A stretch of 49,534 nt of DNA from Candidatus Thorarchaeota archaeon (GTDB lineage Archaea; Asgardarchaeota; Thorarchaeia; Thorarchaeales; Thorarchaeaceae): positions 1 through 49,534 of the forward strand of contig JBHLRZ010000025.1 in assembly GCA_048882045.1 (NCBI GenBank). Direction: 5' to 3'. A program made the translations under genes and the position numbers. Shown here in pieces: positions 1-9,171 of the stretch; the first letter of the stretch is position 1; each line of letters begins with the position of its first letter. The notes under the pieces were generated by a model, which did not search any database, was not told where the DNA came from, and was given only the letters and a program-made list of their open reading frames with translations.

Positions 1-677
1 AAAATATCAGTTGTATACTCCAATCTGATTCCCTTGTAGATGTCCGAAACAGTAAGTTCGGGAAGACCTCTCACAGAATATCCCGAAACTGGTTCGAAGT
101 TTGAGATTATCTCGAACCGGAACGAGAAACCAGTGTTAACGATTCCATTCCTGCCAACAGGGAGACCAAGTGTATAGAGACCAAACTCTCGGGTTAGCAG
201 CCCTTCAACGAATATTGTAAGTGTTGCTTCAGCTTCTGCCTCGACATTCATTTTGACTTCATAACCGTCTGACAGCCGCTGCACCAAAACTGCGCTCTTA
301 TTGGCTTCTACACTTTCGTCGTAGATCTGTACAGCCTGCTGCTCGGGAAGAACTCTTCCCCAATAGACAACCCCATTTAGAAGGACCGATATATTGCTCA
401 ACCTGAGTCCGTCATCGAGACCAAGGTACCAATCTATCTCCTTGTCTTCCGGAGATGCATAATTATCATACATCATTCGATAACTCAAGTTTGCGTAATT
501 GTCTATGATGCTGCCCTGGATCGAAACATCATATGGGTCGATCTTGCCAGCATCTGACAGAATCTTCGTTTGTCCTGACATTGACTCTGGAGTGGTCTGC
601 CTATCAAAGACAGTTGCACCCACGAGTACAACTACCAACAGGACAGCTACTAACGGAATGTTGTCTCTTTCTATCAT
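1..677 (-). CDS. Secreted/membrane-anchored VIT (vault/inter-alpha-trypsin) domain protein, probably VIT-vWA; runs off the window edge
   Basis: Not in ORF track. Manual translation from ATG at 677: MIERDNIPLVAVLLVVVLVGATVFD...VSIQGSIIDNYANLSYRMMYDN...LSNISVLLNGVVYWGRVLPEQQAVQIYDESVEANKSAVLV...; hydrophobic N-terminus, VIT-like pattern (G.V....A...Y..) and GAGGGGAG RBS upstream; no stop seen before position 1. Confidence 0.75.
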   Translation of the reverse strand, partial: MIERDNIPLVAVLLVVVLVGATVFDRQTTPESMSGQTKILSDAGKIDPYDVSIQGSIIDNYANLSYRMMYDNYASPEDKEIDWYLGLDDGLRLSNISVLLNGVVYWGRVLPEQQAVQIYDESVEANKSAVLVQRLSDGYEVKMNVEAEAEATLTIFVEGLLTREFGLYTLGLPVGRNGIVNTGFSFRFEIISNFEPVSGYSVRGLPELTVSDIYKGIRLEYTTDI

Positions 678-804
678 ACAATCCACTCCCCTCAACCCTA
701 TTGGTGAGGTTCTATAAACCTCCACTCGTGCTCTTCGATACACATGAAGAGTGATATTCTCCTTCGACCAAACCGTATGGGTAAACTAAGACATTAGTCT
801 AATC

Positions 805-847
805 TTTGAACAAATTGTTCTAGAATTTGTACAAAATCTCTATAAAA
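805..847. promoter_or_regulatory. Two TTTG(A/T)ACAAA palindromic boxes followed by a TATA box
   Basis: tttgaacaaa 805-814 and tttgtacaaa 826-835 start 21 bp apart; ctctataaaa at 838-847; lies between divergent genes. Confidence 0.45.
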
Positions 848-971
848 TCAGAAAACCCATTTCGCGCGGAATGTTCGGCTATTGTCGAATTCCTGTTTCA
901 AAAACAAATCAATTTATACTTCCATTTCCATCAGGAGAATTACTGCGTGGGCCTTATGGCCAAAGGAGCGT

Positions 972-1823
972 ATGAAATTGAGTGAGTATGACTTAAAGAC
1001 ACTCATTCAGTACTTGTCAGCAATAGCACTTGCATTATTCTATCTGATCTATCTACCATGGACATATTTGTCCGCAGCTGTGCTAACTGATGCAGCACTG
1101 ACATGGGTGTACTACTTTACTCTTGTAATTGGACTGTTGTTCCCGATGTATTATGCAATTGGGAAAGAAAACATGGCGTGGATCTGCTTAGGTCTATCCC
1201 TGATTCTCAACTCCATAATATGGATGGTATTGCAAGCAGCACAAGCAGCTGCAGCAGCCATGGTTCTCATTGTAGGACTCCTTTTCTTCATTGGACCCTT
1301 CCTTGAGACCCGAGTTGGTAACTGGGACCTTGTAAGGAATCTGTTCCATTTCTTGAAGGGACTATTCCTATTATTGGCCGTTGGCATGTATACCACTCCC
1401 ACTCCCTTCAATCTTGATCAGATGATTGGAGTTACAAGTGCAAACCACATTATGCCTCAATTCATCTACATGGGTGGAGGCATAATGGTCGCATTTGCAG
1501 TGACCCTTATGTTGTACGGTCTGTTCAACATCTTCAAGATGTACACCGGTGACACAGTAGGTATGTACTTCGGAGATCTGGCAAAGATCTTCTACATGCT
1601 GATGGTCCTTGTCTTCCTGCTTGGAATCACCTACAATGGCGTATCTTACGCTGTTTCAGCCTACTTCACCAATCCATGGAGTGCAACGTTGCCATGGACA
1701 TCAGGTTCTATTGGATTCTTTGCGGGTATGTATTCGCTTGGAACCTCAAACCTAGGAGGAATCCTACTAATCATCCTCTTCATCTATGGGATGGGCAAGA
1801 TCGCCTCCAAGTTTGAACAATAG
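972..1823 (+). CDS. Polytopic membrane protein of unknown function (~8 TM)
   Basis: ORF 882..1823; likelier start ATG 972 after AAGGAG; almost entirely hydrophobic helices. Confidence 0.75.
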   Translation: MKLSEYDLKTLIQYLSAIALALFYLIYLPWTYLSAAVLTDAALTWVYYFTLVIGLLFPMYYAIGKENMAWICLGLSLILNSIIWMVLQAAQAAAAAMVLIVGLLFFIGPFLETRVGNWDLVRNLFHFLKGLFLLLAVGMYTTPTPFNLDQMIGVTSANHIMPQFIYMGGGIMVAFAVTLMLYGLFNIFKMYTGDTVGMYFGDLAKIFYMLMVLVFLLGITYNGVSYAVSAYFTNPWSATLPWTSGSIGFFAGMYSLGTSNLGGILLIILFIYGMGKIASKFEQ

Positions 1824-1837
1824 TCTGTAAGATTTTT

Positions 1838-1877
1838 GGAAAGGGAGAGTTTCTCCTTTTCCTCTCTCTTTCTTTTT
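1838..1877 (+). terminator. Hairpin plus pyrimidine/T tract
   Basis: ggaaagggaga/tctccttttcc stem, then tctctctttcttttt, between convergent genes. Confidence 0.6.
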
Positions 1878-1879
1878 CA

Positions 1880-2770
1880 TTAATACCTTTCAAAGAGTTT
1901 CTCTAAGATTATAGTTGTGCAATTTGCAAGTTCTACAAATTGTTCTGCATGCCACCTTGTTCCCTGGTTGTAACCCCAATGGATTGGAATTGCAAGCGCT
2001 AAGTTTGAAGAAACTTTCAGGTCCTCAACTGCATCAGCAGCCTCATCAGGTTCCATCCACGCATATCCACTGACCGGTAGGAGAGCAATGTCAGTAACTA
2101 TAGATTGCATCTCAGGAATTCTGTCAGAGTCTCCTGCATGATATATTCGGGTGTCATTGAGTTCCGTAATAACTCCAATATAGTCTGAAGAAGGTGGATG
2201 AAAGAGAGTTTGAGTTCCCGGTCTATATTTGTCGACATTATATGAGGATACGAAATCAAATTTGACATCAGAAAACTCCAGAGTATCTCCAGGGTACACA
2301 ATGTAATCTGGTCGCAACGTGTATGATGGAATACGGGATGAAATTGTTATTGTTTCATTATCTCGGAGTGCGTTGATATCCGAGATTGAATAATGTGGAA
2401 GATGGTCATGAGTGATGATAATATAGTCAGCAGTTTCTAGTACTGGACTTTCTTTGTCATCAATATTGTATGGATCTATGTAGATCACTGTGTCATTAAA
2501 CTTGAACTTGAAACCTCCTATGATAATCCACATCATTTCTATACCATTGAAGTGAAGTATGTCAGGTGTCAGTTCAACAGTGTCATCAGGAGGTTCTGTA
2601 GTGGGATTTGTGACTGTATTCGTTAGCGTTGAATTTCCCAGTGAGTCAGGTGGGATCAGGAGGGTAGACATGCCCAAATAAGTTCCAAATCCAGTTACTA
2701 AAGCTACTACTATCAAAGCAACAACCTTGTTCCGGTCAACCATTTTCAAACCTCTATTCTCGTCGGACAC
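1880..2770 (-). CDS. Membrane-anchored MBL-fold metallo-hydrolase (UlaG/Lactamase_B-like)
   Basis: IYIDPY, ITHDHLPH (variant HxHxDH), YHAGD, DIALLPV, AIPIHW; N-terminal TM helix and Thr/Pro linker. Confidence 0.85.
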   Translation of the reverse strand: MSDENRGLKMVDRNKVVALIVVALVTGFGTYLGMSTLLIPPDSLGNSTLTNTVTNPTTEPPDDTVELTPDILHFNGIEMMWIIIGGFKFKFNDTVIYIDPYNIDDKESPVLETADYIIITHDHLPHYSISDINALRDNETITISSRIPSYTLRPDYIVYPGDTLEFSDVKFDFVSSYNVDKYRPGTQTLFHPPSSDYIGVITELNDTRIYHAGDSDRIPEMQSIVTDIALLPVSGYAWMEPDEAADAVEDLKVSSNLALAIPIHWGYNQGTRWHAEQFVELANCTTIILEKLFERY

Positions 2771-2910
2771 ATAATGAATAGTTTCAATTTGTAACCGCTA
2801 ATAATGCCATATCTTTTCACGCAACTGAAGTGATGTTTGTCCAAGCAATTGCAGTCAATGTATTGCTCAGTCTTATAGTGACATCAACTGAATCGAATAT
2901 GTGACTTGAG

Positions 2911-3189
2911 ATGGAAGAACGAGTATCGGTAAGGAAGCCGCATCTTGATTCGATCAAAGAATCATCACTCAGATTTGAGTCATTCACAGAGAAGTTTCTC
3001 TCCTCCTCGCTTAGCAATCAGATAAAGTGTCCTTCATGCAAGAATACTATTGACTTCAACGGTCCTGTCAAATGGTATGGTCCAGATACGTTCTCCTGTG
3101 GCTCTTGTGATAGATATCTGAGTATGAGGCTTGTTGAACGCGCAATGAGAGACCTCGGTATGCGCTCCTTTGAGATCACAGAGATGTGA
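2911..3189 (+). CDS. Small zinc-ribbon protein
   Basis: CPSC...CGSC pair in 92 aa. Confidence 0.65.
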   Translation: MEERVSVRKPHLDSIKESSLRFESFTEKFLSSSLSNQIKCPSCKNTIDFNGPVKWYGPDTFSCGSCDRYLSMRLVERAMRDLGMRSFEITEM

Positions 3190-3234
3190 CAACTCTATCA
3201 TTATATTGAAAGGGCATGCATTTCTTAGTGACAT

Positions 3235-3624
3235 ATGAAGAAAACCTTCTTTGACATCCTTGATGGTTGGACCTTGATTGTAGACAGAGGTTCAGTAGAA
3301 ATCACACTGAACGATATGTCTCAAGCCTTCTACAAGAAAAAGGTCGTCTTTCTTTTTCTGGAAGAAATCTGGGATCTCTTAGAGAAATATGATGATCCTT
3401 CAGAGTTTATGACTGATGAAAGGTTGAGCTTCTTGATTGAGAAACTACTTCGGAAGGAGGAGAATGAGGAAGTAGCCAAGTTTGTAGAGCTCGAACTTGG
3501 TGGACCTCCAACCTATGAAACAAAAGTCCTCAATGTTGATGAGACGATTGCTGAGTATCCATCTTGGTTCAAAGAATATGATGGGAAGACATGGGATGAT
3601 TTCAAATCTAGTCTGTTTGATTAG
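3235..3624 (+). CDS. Hypothetical acidic protein
   Basis: 129-aa ORF with protein-like composition that fills the gap between genes. Confidence 0.7.
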   Translation: MKKTFFDILDGWTLIVDRGSVEITLNDMSQAFYKKKVVFLFLEEIWDLLEKYDDPSEFMTDERLSFLIEKLLRKEENEEVAKFVELELGGPPTYETKVLNVDETIAEYPSWFKEYDGKTWDDFKSSLFD

Positions 3625-3637
3625 AGGAAGGAGATTA

Positions 3638-4054
3638 TCATTTCTTCATCTCTTCGAACTCTCTCACTGTTTGACTAGCCCTTCCAAGAGATGCTATTGT
3701 TAGAATAATCATCCAGATTGGAAAGAGTATCAACCACGGAGCCCCTCCCATGGCCATGGGAATATATGAAACAATGGCCAAGTATGTAAACGCTATGTAG
3801 TATGGAAGTTGAACATAGATTCCTATTCTTCTTGGCTTCTTTACGAAGAGCATGTACACCCTTTGCCAGGTTTCCATCTCATCCTCGGAGAGATGCTTGA
3901 TTCTTCGACCTGAGTACTCTTTCATTCCCTTCCTGATACATTTCTCGAAATACCGTTTCATTATTCTCTCCAAGAGCATTGCACCAAGAAGGAGAAGTAC
4001 TCCTGACCCAACAAGGATAGCCACACCAATATCCCCTGTGATTGTAACCTGCAA
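3638..4054 (-). CDS. Small membrane protein (3 TM)
   Basis: TTG start after GGAGAGGAG; three hydrophobic segments. Confidence 0.7.
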   Translation of the reverse strand: MQVTITGDIGVAILVGSGVLLLLGAMLLERIMKRYFEKCIRKGMKEYSGRRIKHLSEDEMETWQRVYMLFVKKPRRIGIYVQLPYYIAFTYLAIVSYIPMAMGGAPWLILFPIWMIILTIASLGRASQTVREFEEMKK

Positions 4055-4123
4055 TATCTCCTCTCCTTACTTAGGGGGTCAGTATATTTTGAGTCTTTAA
4101 TATTCTCTGAACTAGACTTCACG

Positions 4124-4444
4124 TCAAGTTTCATCATCAATGAACCCATGTTCGATAGTCATCTTTCTGTTCCATGTTTCTTTTGCTAGAAGAATGAGTC
4201 CAATGCTATCTACAATCATAAGAAGCGCTATGAAGATTGCTTCCCCCAACACCAGTCTCGGTAGAATGATCACGACTATCGTCAAGAGTCCAAGTGTAAG
4301 AATGGCTACAAAACGAGCTACCCAAGTCATTAACATCACTTGATCTTCAACTTCTGACCATTTCCTGAACATGAAGTAAAACAAATATCCAACTAAAAGG
4401 AAGAACTGGAATCCAACTGTGATGACCAGGTAACCACTCTGCAT
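4124..4444 (-). CDS. Small membrane protein (3 TM)
   Basis: ATG after AGGAGT; hydrophobic helices. Confidence 0.7.
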   Translation of the reverse strand: MQSGYLVITVGFQFFLLVGYLFYFMFRKWSEVEDQVMLMTWVARFVAILTLGLLTIVVIILPRLVLGEAIFIALLMIVDSIGLILLAKETWNRKMTIEHGFIDDET

Positions 4445-4487
4445 ACTCCTAACTATTCATGAATGTAGTTAGTTCTTGTCATTGGGT

Positions 4488-4527
4488 GGAAGAAAAGAAG
4501 TTGATTCCGGAGCATTTGCTCCGGAAT
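4488..4527 (-). terminator. Hairpin plus U tract
   Basis: attccggagc/gctccggaat stem (4504-4527), then caacttcttttcttcc on the minus strand just after the stop at 4540. Confidence 0.65.
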
Positions 4528-4539
4528 GGTGTATTCAGA

Positions 4540-5100
4540 CTAATCTTGATAACCCTTCATGTAGCCCTCACGCTGGTTCCACTTCTCTTCGAGACGTTGC
4601 ATGATGGTCCACATTCTGTAGGTGTAGTTCCATGCCTCATCGAACTTGCCCTGGTTCATCTGGTCGAGAAACTCCTCCGCAACATCATTGATGTCACCAA
4701 TGTCATCAATGAGTACCGCATCGAACTCATATGCCTGGTCGAGCTCTCTCTCATTGATCTTCTCTTTAGAGCCCCATGCAGCATAGCCATAGTCGGCGTA
4801 TCTGATGGCTGACTCAATCTTGTCAGTGAGTGCAAGCATCCTGTCGAAGGTTTCCCAGGTCTTACTCAAGTTGTAGTCGACCGCCATCATCTGGAGCTTC
4901 TCCAAGTCCTGCTTGACCAGACGGAGCTGGTCTGCCATGAACTCTCGAAGGACCTTGTCCGCGGCGCGACGTTCTTCTTTCTCTTGATATCCATGCCAGC
5001 CGGGTATGTAGTGAGTGATTTTGCCAAAGAAGCCTCCCTTGATGTCCTTGGCAGCCTTCTTTCTGATTCGCTTGGCAATGGGGTCAGTTATTTTGACCAT
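4540..5100 (-). CDS. Conserved helical hypothetical protein (IPGxxGY..E.RR.ADK.LR...IRYADYGY family)
   Basis: ORF 4540..5127; likelier ATG 5100 after CAGGAG; the motif is recalled from uncharacterised archaeal/bacterial proteins. Confidence 0.75.
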   Translation of the reverse strand: MVKITDPIAKRIRKKAAKDIKGGFFGKITHYIPGWHGYQEKEERRAADKVLREFMADQLRLVKQDLEKLQMMAVDYNLSKTWETFDRMLALTDKIESAIRYADYGYAAWGSKEKINERELDQAYEFDAVLIDDIGDINDVAEEFLDQMNQGKFDEAWNYTYRMWTIMQRLEEKWNQREGYMKGYQD

Positions 5101-5269
5101 GCTGATAATTCTCCTGATTGTATTCAATCCCTAACGACATGTAGGGTTGACCTGCATGGGACTATACTTGAGTCCTTAAAAAACATGTCACAACATGTTC
5201 TACCTTTTCTACAGGCCTTACAGCGCATATGATTGAGCTTAAATATGGTGCCAAGTTGTCTCGAGAACC

Positions 5270-7249
5270 ATGACAATGCAGGGAACAATCCGCAAACCGG
5301 ACTGGACAATTGAACCTGCGAAGATACGGTCCACCGCGGATGAAGCGATTGAAGAGGCGAAGAGAAATCTGAAAGAGATAGCCAATACACCTGTTGGTGA
5401 AGAGAGCCTAGAAACACTCCAGCGATTTGAAGAGGTGTTGGGTTCAGTAGGTGCGACTCTAAGTCAACTTCGATTTCTCAAGTATGTTTCTGCAAACAAA
5501 GAACAGCGCGATATTGCGGATGAAGTCGAAAAGGACTCCCTCAAGTTAGAAAACGAAATCTGGGGTCGAAAGGATCTGTTTGATGTTCTAGTTCGCTTGG
5601 AACCACGAATTGATTCATTTGATCCTGAGGAAAAGACACTGCTTGATAAAGCACTCAAGGAATTTAGACATCGAGGGGCTGCTTTGGACGAAGAAAAGAG
5701 AAAGGAGTTCCTCGAGATTTCCAACAACATATCAGTCCTTGGATCTGAATTTGGTCGAGTCATCAATGAGATCACTACGACCATTCCGTGTGCTGTTGAG
5801 GAACTGGATGGTGTCCCACCTTCTGCATATGAGAACCTTGAGAAGGATGGTGACAAGTATCTTCTTACACTCGACTATCCGGTTGTTATTCCTGTAAGAG
5901 ACTATGCTACTAATCCTGAGACTCGGAAGAAGATACTGATCCCATTCTATGGACGTGGAGGGAAAGAGAATAGCGAGAGGCTAGCTGATGCCCTTGCTCT
6001 CAGAGATCGACTTGCTAAACTTGTTGGGACCTCCAACTATGCTGAGTATTCAATTCGGAGAAAGATGGCAAAGACACCTCAACGTGTAATCGATTTCATG
6101 AATGATCTGAAAGAGAAGTTGACTCCCCTGATGGAGAAAGAGATGACCACATTACGGGAACTCAAAGCGAAGGAACAAAATATACTATTAGAGGAGACCG
6201 TCATCGAAATTTGGGATCTCTTCTATTACCATGAGATGCTCTTGCGAGAGAAGTATGCAGTTGACCAGAACGAAGTGAAGAAGTACTTCCCCGCTGATTC
6301 TGTTATTGAGGGTGTACTTCGAATCTATCAGAAAGTACTCGATCTTGATTTTGAGGAGTCATCTGACACCAATAGCTGGTATGAGGATGTCAGGGAGTTC
6401 AAAGTTATTGACAAAACAAATGGAAAGACTCTGGGCGTGTTCTATCTGGACCTCTTTCCAAGGGAGGGAAAGTTCAAACACTATGCAGTTTTTGATATTA
6501 TGAGTCGTCGAGTTGTTGATGGAGAGGAACTGCTACCCCTTTGTGCAATGGTATCAAACTATCAGAAGCCATCAGAAAAACACCCATCTCTTTTCAACCA
6601 TTCAGAGGTTGAAACCTTCTTTCACGAATTTGGTCATTTGATGCACGTCATTTCTAACCAGTCGGAGTATGCATCCTTTAGCCTTGATGGAGTCTTGCCA
6701 GACTTCATTGAAACTCCGTCAATGATGTTCCAGAACTGGGCATGGAAGGAGGAAGTTTTAGCAGACATCTCTGGACACTTTGAGGACTCAGCCAAGAAGT
6801 TGCCATCTGAACTGATTAGGAAACTGATTGCTGCAAAATTAGTCGATGCTGGGTCCTTGTATCTCCGACAAGTCTGCTACTCGCTGGTTGATATGGCATA
6901 TCATACTGAAGGTGCTGATGACACCACTGCAGTGTTTCACGATATGCTCTTTGAGCTAACTAGGATAAGAATGCCTGATGGAACCAGAATGGATGCTGGA
7001 TTTGAACACCTCATGAGTGGCTATGAAGCTGGTTACTACAGTTACCTCTGGTCACAGGCATATGCAGAAGATGTCTTTACAAAGTTTGAAGAGAATGGAT
7101 TCATGGATACCAGGACTGGAGTCGAGTATAGAATGAAAATACTTGCTCCAGGTGGCAGTCTTGATCCAGATGACATGGTCCGAGACTTTCTAGGTCGTGA
7201 GATGAATACTGACGCTTTTATGAAATCCCTCGGACTAGATGGAAAGTAA
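5270..7249 (+). CDS. M3A metallopeptidase (thimet oligopeptidase/neurolysin-like)
   Basis: FFHEFGHLMH zinc motif, YLDLFPREGK, DFIETPS, FEHLMSGYEAGYYSYLWS; 659 aa. Confidence 0.95.
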   Translation: MTMQGTIRKPDWTIEPAKIRSTADEAIEEAKRNLKEIANTPVGEESLETLQRFEEVLGSVGATLSQLRFLKYVSANKEQRDIADEVEKDSLKLENEIWGRKDLFDVLVRLEPRIDSFDPEEKTLLDKALKEFRHRGAALDEEKRKEFLEISNNISVLGSEFGRVINEITTTIPCAVEELDGVPPSAYENLEKDGDKYLLTLDYPVVIPVRDYATNPETRKKILIPFYGRGGKENSERLADALALRDRLAKLVGTSNYAEYSIRRKMAKTPQRVIDFMNDLKEKLTPLMEKEMTTLRELKAKEQNILLEETVIEIWDLFYYHEMLLREKYAVDQNEVKKYFPADSVIEGVLRIYQKVLDLDFEESSDTNSWYEDVREFKVIDKTNGKTLGVFYLDLFPREGKFKHYAVFDIMSRRVVDGEELLPLCAMVSNYQKPSEKHPSLFNHSEVETFFHEFGHLMHVISNQSEYASFSLDGVLPDFIETPSMMFQNWAWKEEVLADISGHFEDSAKKLPSELIRKLIAAKLVDAGSLYLRQVCYSLVDMAYHTEGADDTTAVFHDMLFELTRIRMPDGTRMDAGFEHLMSGYEAGYYSYLWSQAYAEDVFTKFEENGFMDTRTGVEYRMKILAPGGSLDPDDMVRDFLGREMNTDAFMKSLGLDGK

Positions 7250-7303
7250 AAGAAAGAACATTGTAGGGCAGTATTCCTGCCCTACTTGTCTTGTTTTGAT
7301 TTA
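7247..7303. terminator. Bidirectional hairpin terminator
   Basis: gtagggcag-tattc-ctgccctac (7263-7285) with an A-rich run on the left and a T-rich run on the right, between convergent genes. Confidence 0.7.
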
Positions 7304-7305
7304 GT

Positions 7306-8505
7306 CTACCAGAGCTGGTACTGTCTATTGACAAAACCTTCCCAGACTCGTGGAAGCTTACCAATGACTTCCTCAGTGATTGACTCAGCTGAAGCCTTTA
7401 CAGCTTCAATATCGCAATCACCAAAGAGCTCGACATTGATTGCCTTAGGTTCTGTAATCGGAGCACCAATCTGGCTAACAAGGTAGCAATAGACCTGTGA
7501 CAGGTCAGGATGTTCCTTGTAGACACGTTCAACTATCTCACGGGCTGCAACGTTGTATGTTTTGCCAACATGTGAAACTGGATTCTTACCAGCGGCTGCT
7601 TCGAGAGTCATTGGTCTGTAGGGAGTGATCAAACCATTGGCTCGATTACCGCGTCCAACCTGCCCATCATCACCATGCTCAGCGGATGTACCAGTAACTG
7701 TAAGATAAAACAGACCATCCTCTGGACTGTCTGCAGTGTTGACACTCACTTCAACTGGCATGTCAGTGATCTTGACTGCCAAGTCCTTGATGATATCAGA
7801 GATTCCTTCCATTACATTTGCGTACTCGTCTGCATCCTTGGTCTTGCTCGAAATTATTGCTGCAGCGACCTGAACATGAATTCGGTCGTCAATCCGTGTA
7901 CCCATGATCTTGATATCCTCTCCAATCTGGGGCCACTCCTTCTTGACCTTCTCACTGTTCAGAACCTGCTCAGACTCAAGGGTGATGAGCTCAGTTGGTG
8001 ACAGAGGTGCGTATCCGACGCCGAAGCTTGTATCGTTTGCTCTTGGTATTCCGCTTTCCAAATCGAAGTTCCCAACGAGGTCTGTACTCCCTGCACGGAT
8101 TTTGTAGTCGATGATGACATCAGAGTTTACATCCAGATTTGGAAGATCTGCACTTAGCCACTCTCGTGTGTGCTCCACTGCAAACTTACCAACTGGTACG
8201 ATTCGCTCATAATCCTTGTCAACAACATCAACTGCTCTGCCGCTCATCAGGATGTAAATGGGCTCAATGACATCCCCGCCGCCAAACTTGGCGTTGGACT
8301 GTCCACCAACAAGAAGGACCTTGTCCACGTTGTGATGCTGAACCTGATCAAAAACTTCCATGTAATACTGACTTAGGCGAACTGACAATTCTTCAGCTGC
8401 CTTGTCGCATAAAGTATCTGGGTGGCCCTTACCCTTTCGTTCCACAATCTCTACAGGGAGCTTGTCAACGGACGGGCCTGCTCCACGCGTGACTTTTAGA
8501 TTCAT
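7306..8505 (-). CDS. mat: S-adenosylmethionine synthetase, archaeal type
   Basis: VEIVERKGKGHPD, ANDTSFGVGYAP, GEDIKIMG, TGTSAEHGDDGQVGRGNR, EAAAGKNPVSHVGK; start placed at ATG 8505 (MNLKVT). Confidence 0.97.
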   Translation of the reverse strand: MNLKVTRGAGPSVDKLPVEIVERKGKGHPDTLCDKAAEELSVRLSQYYMEVFDQVQHHNVDKVLLVGGQSNAKFGGGDVIEPIYILMSGRAVDVVDKDYERIVPVGKFAVEHTREWLSADLPNLDVNSDVIIDYKIRAGSTDLVGNFDLESGIPRANDTSFGVGYAPLSPTELITLESEQVLNSEKVKKEWPQIGEDIKIMGTRIDDRIHVQVAAAIISSKTKDADEYANVMEGISDIIKDLAVKITDMPVEVSVNTADSPEDGLFYLTVTGTSAEHGDDGQVGRGNRANGLITPYRPMTLEAAAGKNPVSHVGKTYNVAAREIVERVYKEHPDLSQVYCYLVSQIGAPITEPKAINVELFGDCDIEAVKASAESITEEVIGKLPRVWEGFVNRQYQLW

Positions 8506-8597
8506 AATAATCAACTCGTCTTTCCCACGAGCGCGCAGAAAACTGCATAAATAACTTTTCATGGGTCATTCGCATGAGTAATATTCCCAAGCATTTT

Positions 8598-8614
8598 TAT
8601 TCCCTTAAGGAATA
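8598..8614. promoter_or_regulatory. Palindrome TATTCC-N5-GGAATA, candidate operator
   Basis: tattcccttaaggaata just before the HTH-CBS gene; a second TATTCC half-site at 8582-8587. Confidence 0.4.
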
Positions 8615-8619
8615 TAGAC

Positions 8620-9159
8620 TTGAAGCAAATGATGTCTGTAGAAAGCCTTCAGAATCTTCGTCACGAAGTCGGAATGACTCAGGCGGAGCTGGCAATTGAA
8701 GTTGGTGTGTCACAATCATACATTGCTAGACTTGAACGGGGAACCTTAGATCCTAAACTCTCCATTGTGAACAAGATATTCCAAGTATTATCAAGTAGAC
8801 TTAGTAAGACCTGCGCCGATATTATGACCGTTGACCCTGTTACAATTGACGCTCGAGATCCTGCATCAGTAGCTGTTGGATTGATGCAGAAACATAACTA
8901 CTCTCAAATTCCAGTTCTCCGAGGTACTCAAATGATTGGCCTCGTTACAGAACGTGACATCATCAGGAATCTCCAGCATGATATGCAGGAGTTGTCAGTT
9001 CAAGCTGTCATGAGCCCAGAGGGAGTCCCAATGATTGATGAAACTACTCCTGTTGACGTTATCACTCCTCTCTTTCAAAAGTACCAAGCAATTCTTGTTC
9101 AGAACCAAGGACGGATTCGTGGAATCATTACCAGGTCCGACCTTCTGAAATTGACCTAG
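8620..9159 (+). CDS. XRE-HTH transcriptional regulator with a CBS domain pair (COG3620-like)
   Basis: LRHEVGMTQAELAIEVGVSQSYIARLERG (HTH_3), followed by two CBS motifs (YSQIPV..GLVTERDI; GIITRSDLL). Confidence 0.92.
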   Translation: MKQMMSVESLQNLRHEVGMTQAELAIEVGVSQSYIARLERGTLDPKLSIVNKIFQVLSSRLSKTCADIMTVDPVTIDARDPASVAVGLMQKHNYSQIPVLRGTQMIGLVTERDIIRNLQHDMQELSVQAVMSPEGVPMIDETTPVDVITPLFQKYQAILVQNQGRIRGIITRSDLLKLT

Positions 9160-9171
9160 TAGATTTGCTCG

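Noticed and set aside
1235-1260. gcagca/gctgca low-complexity run
   Set aside because: It simply encodes QAAQAAAAA within the membrane protein.
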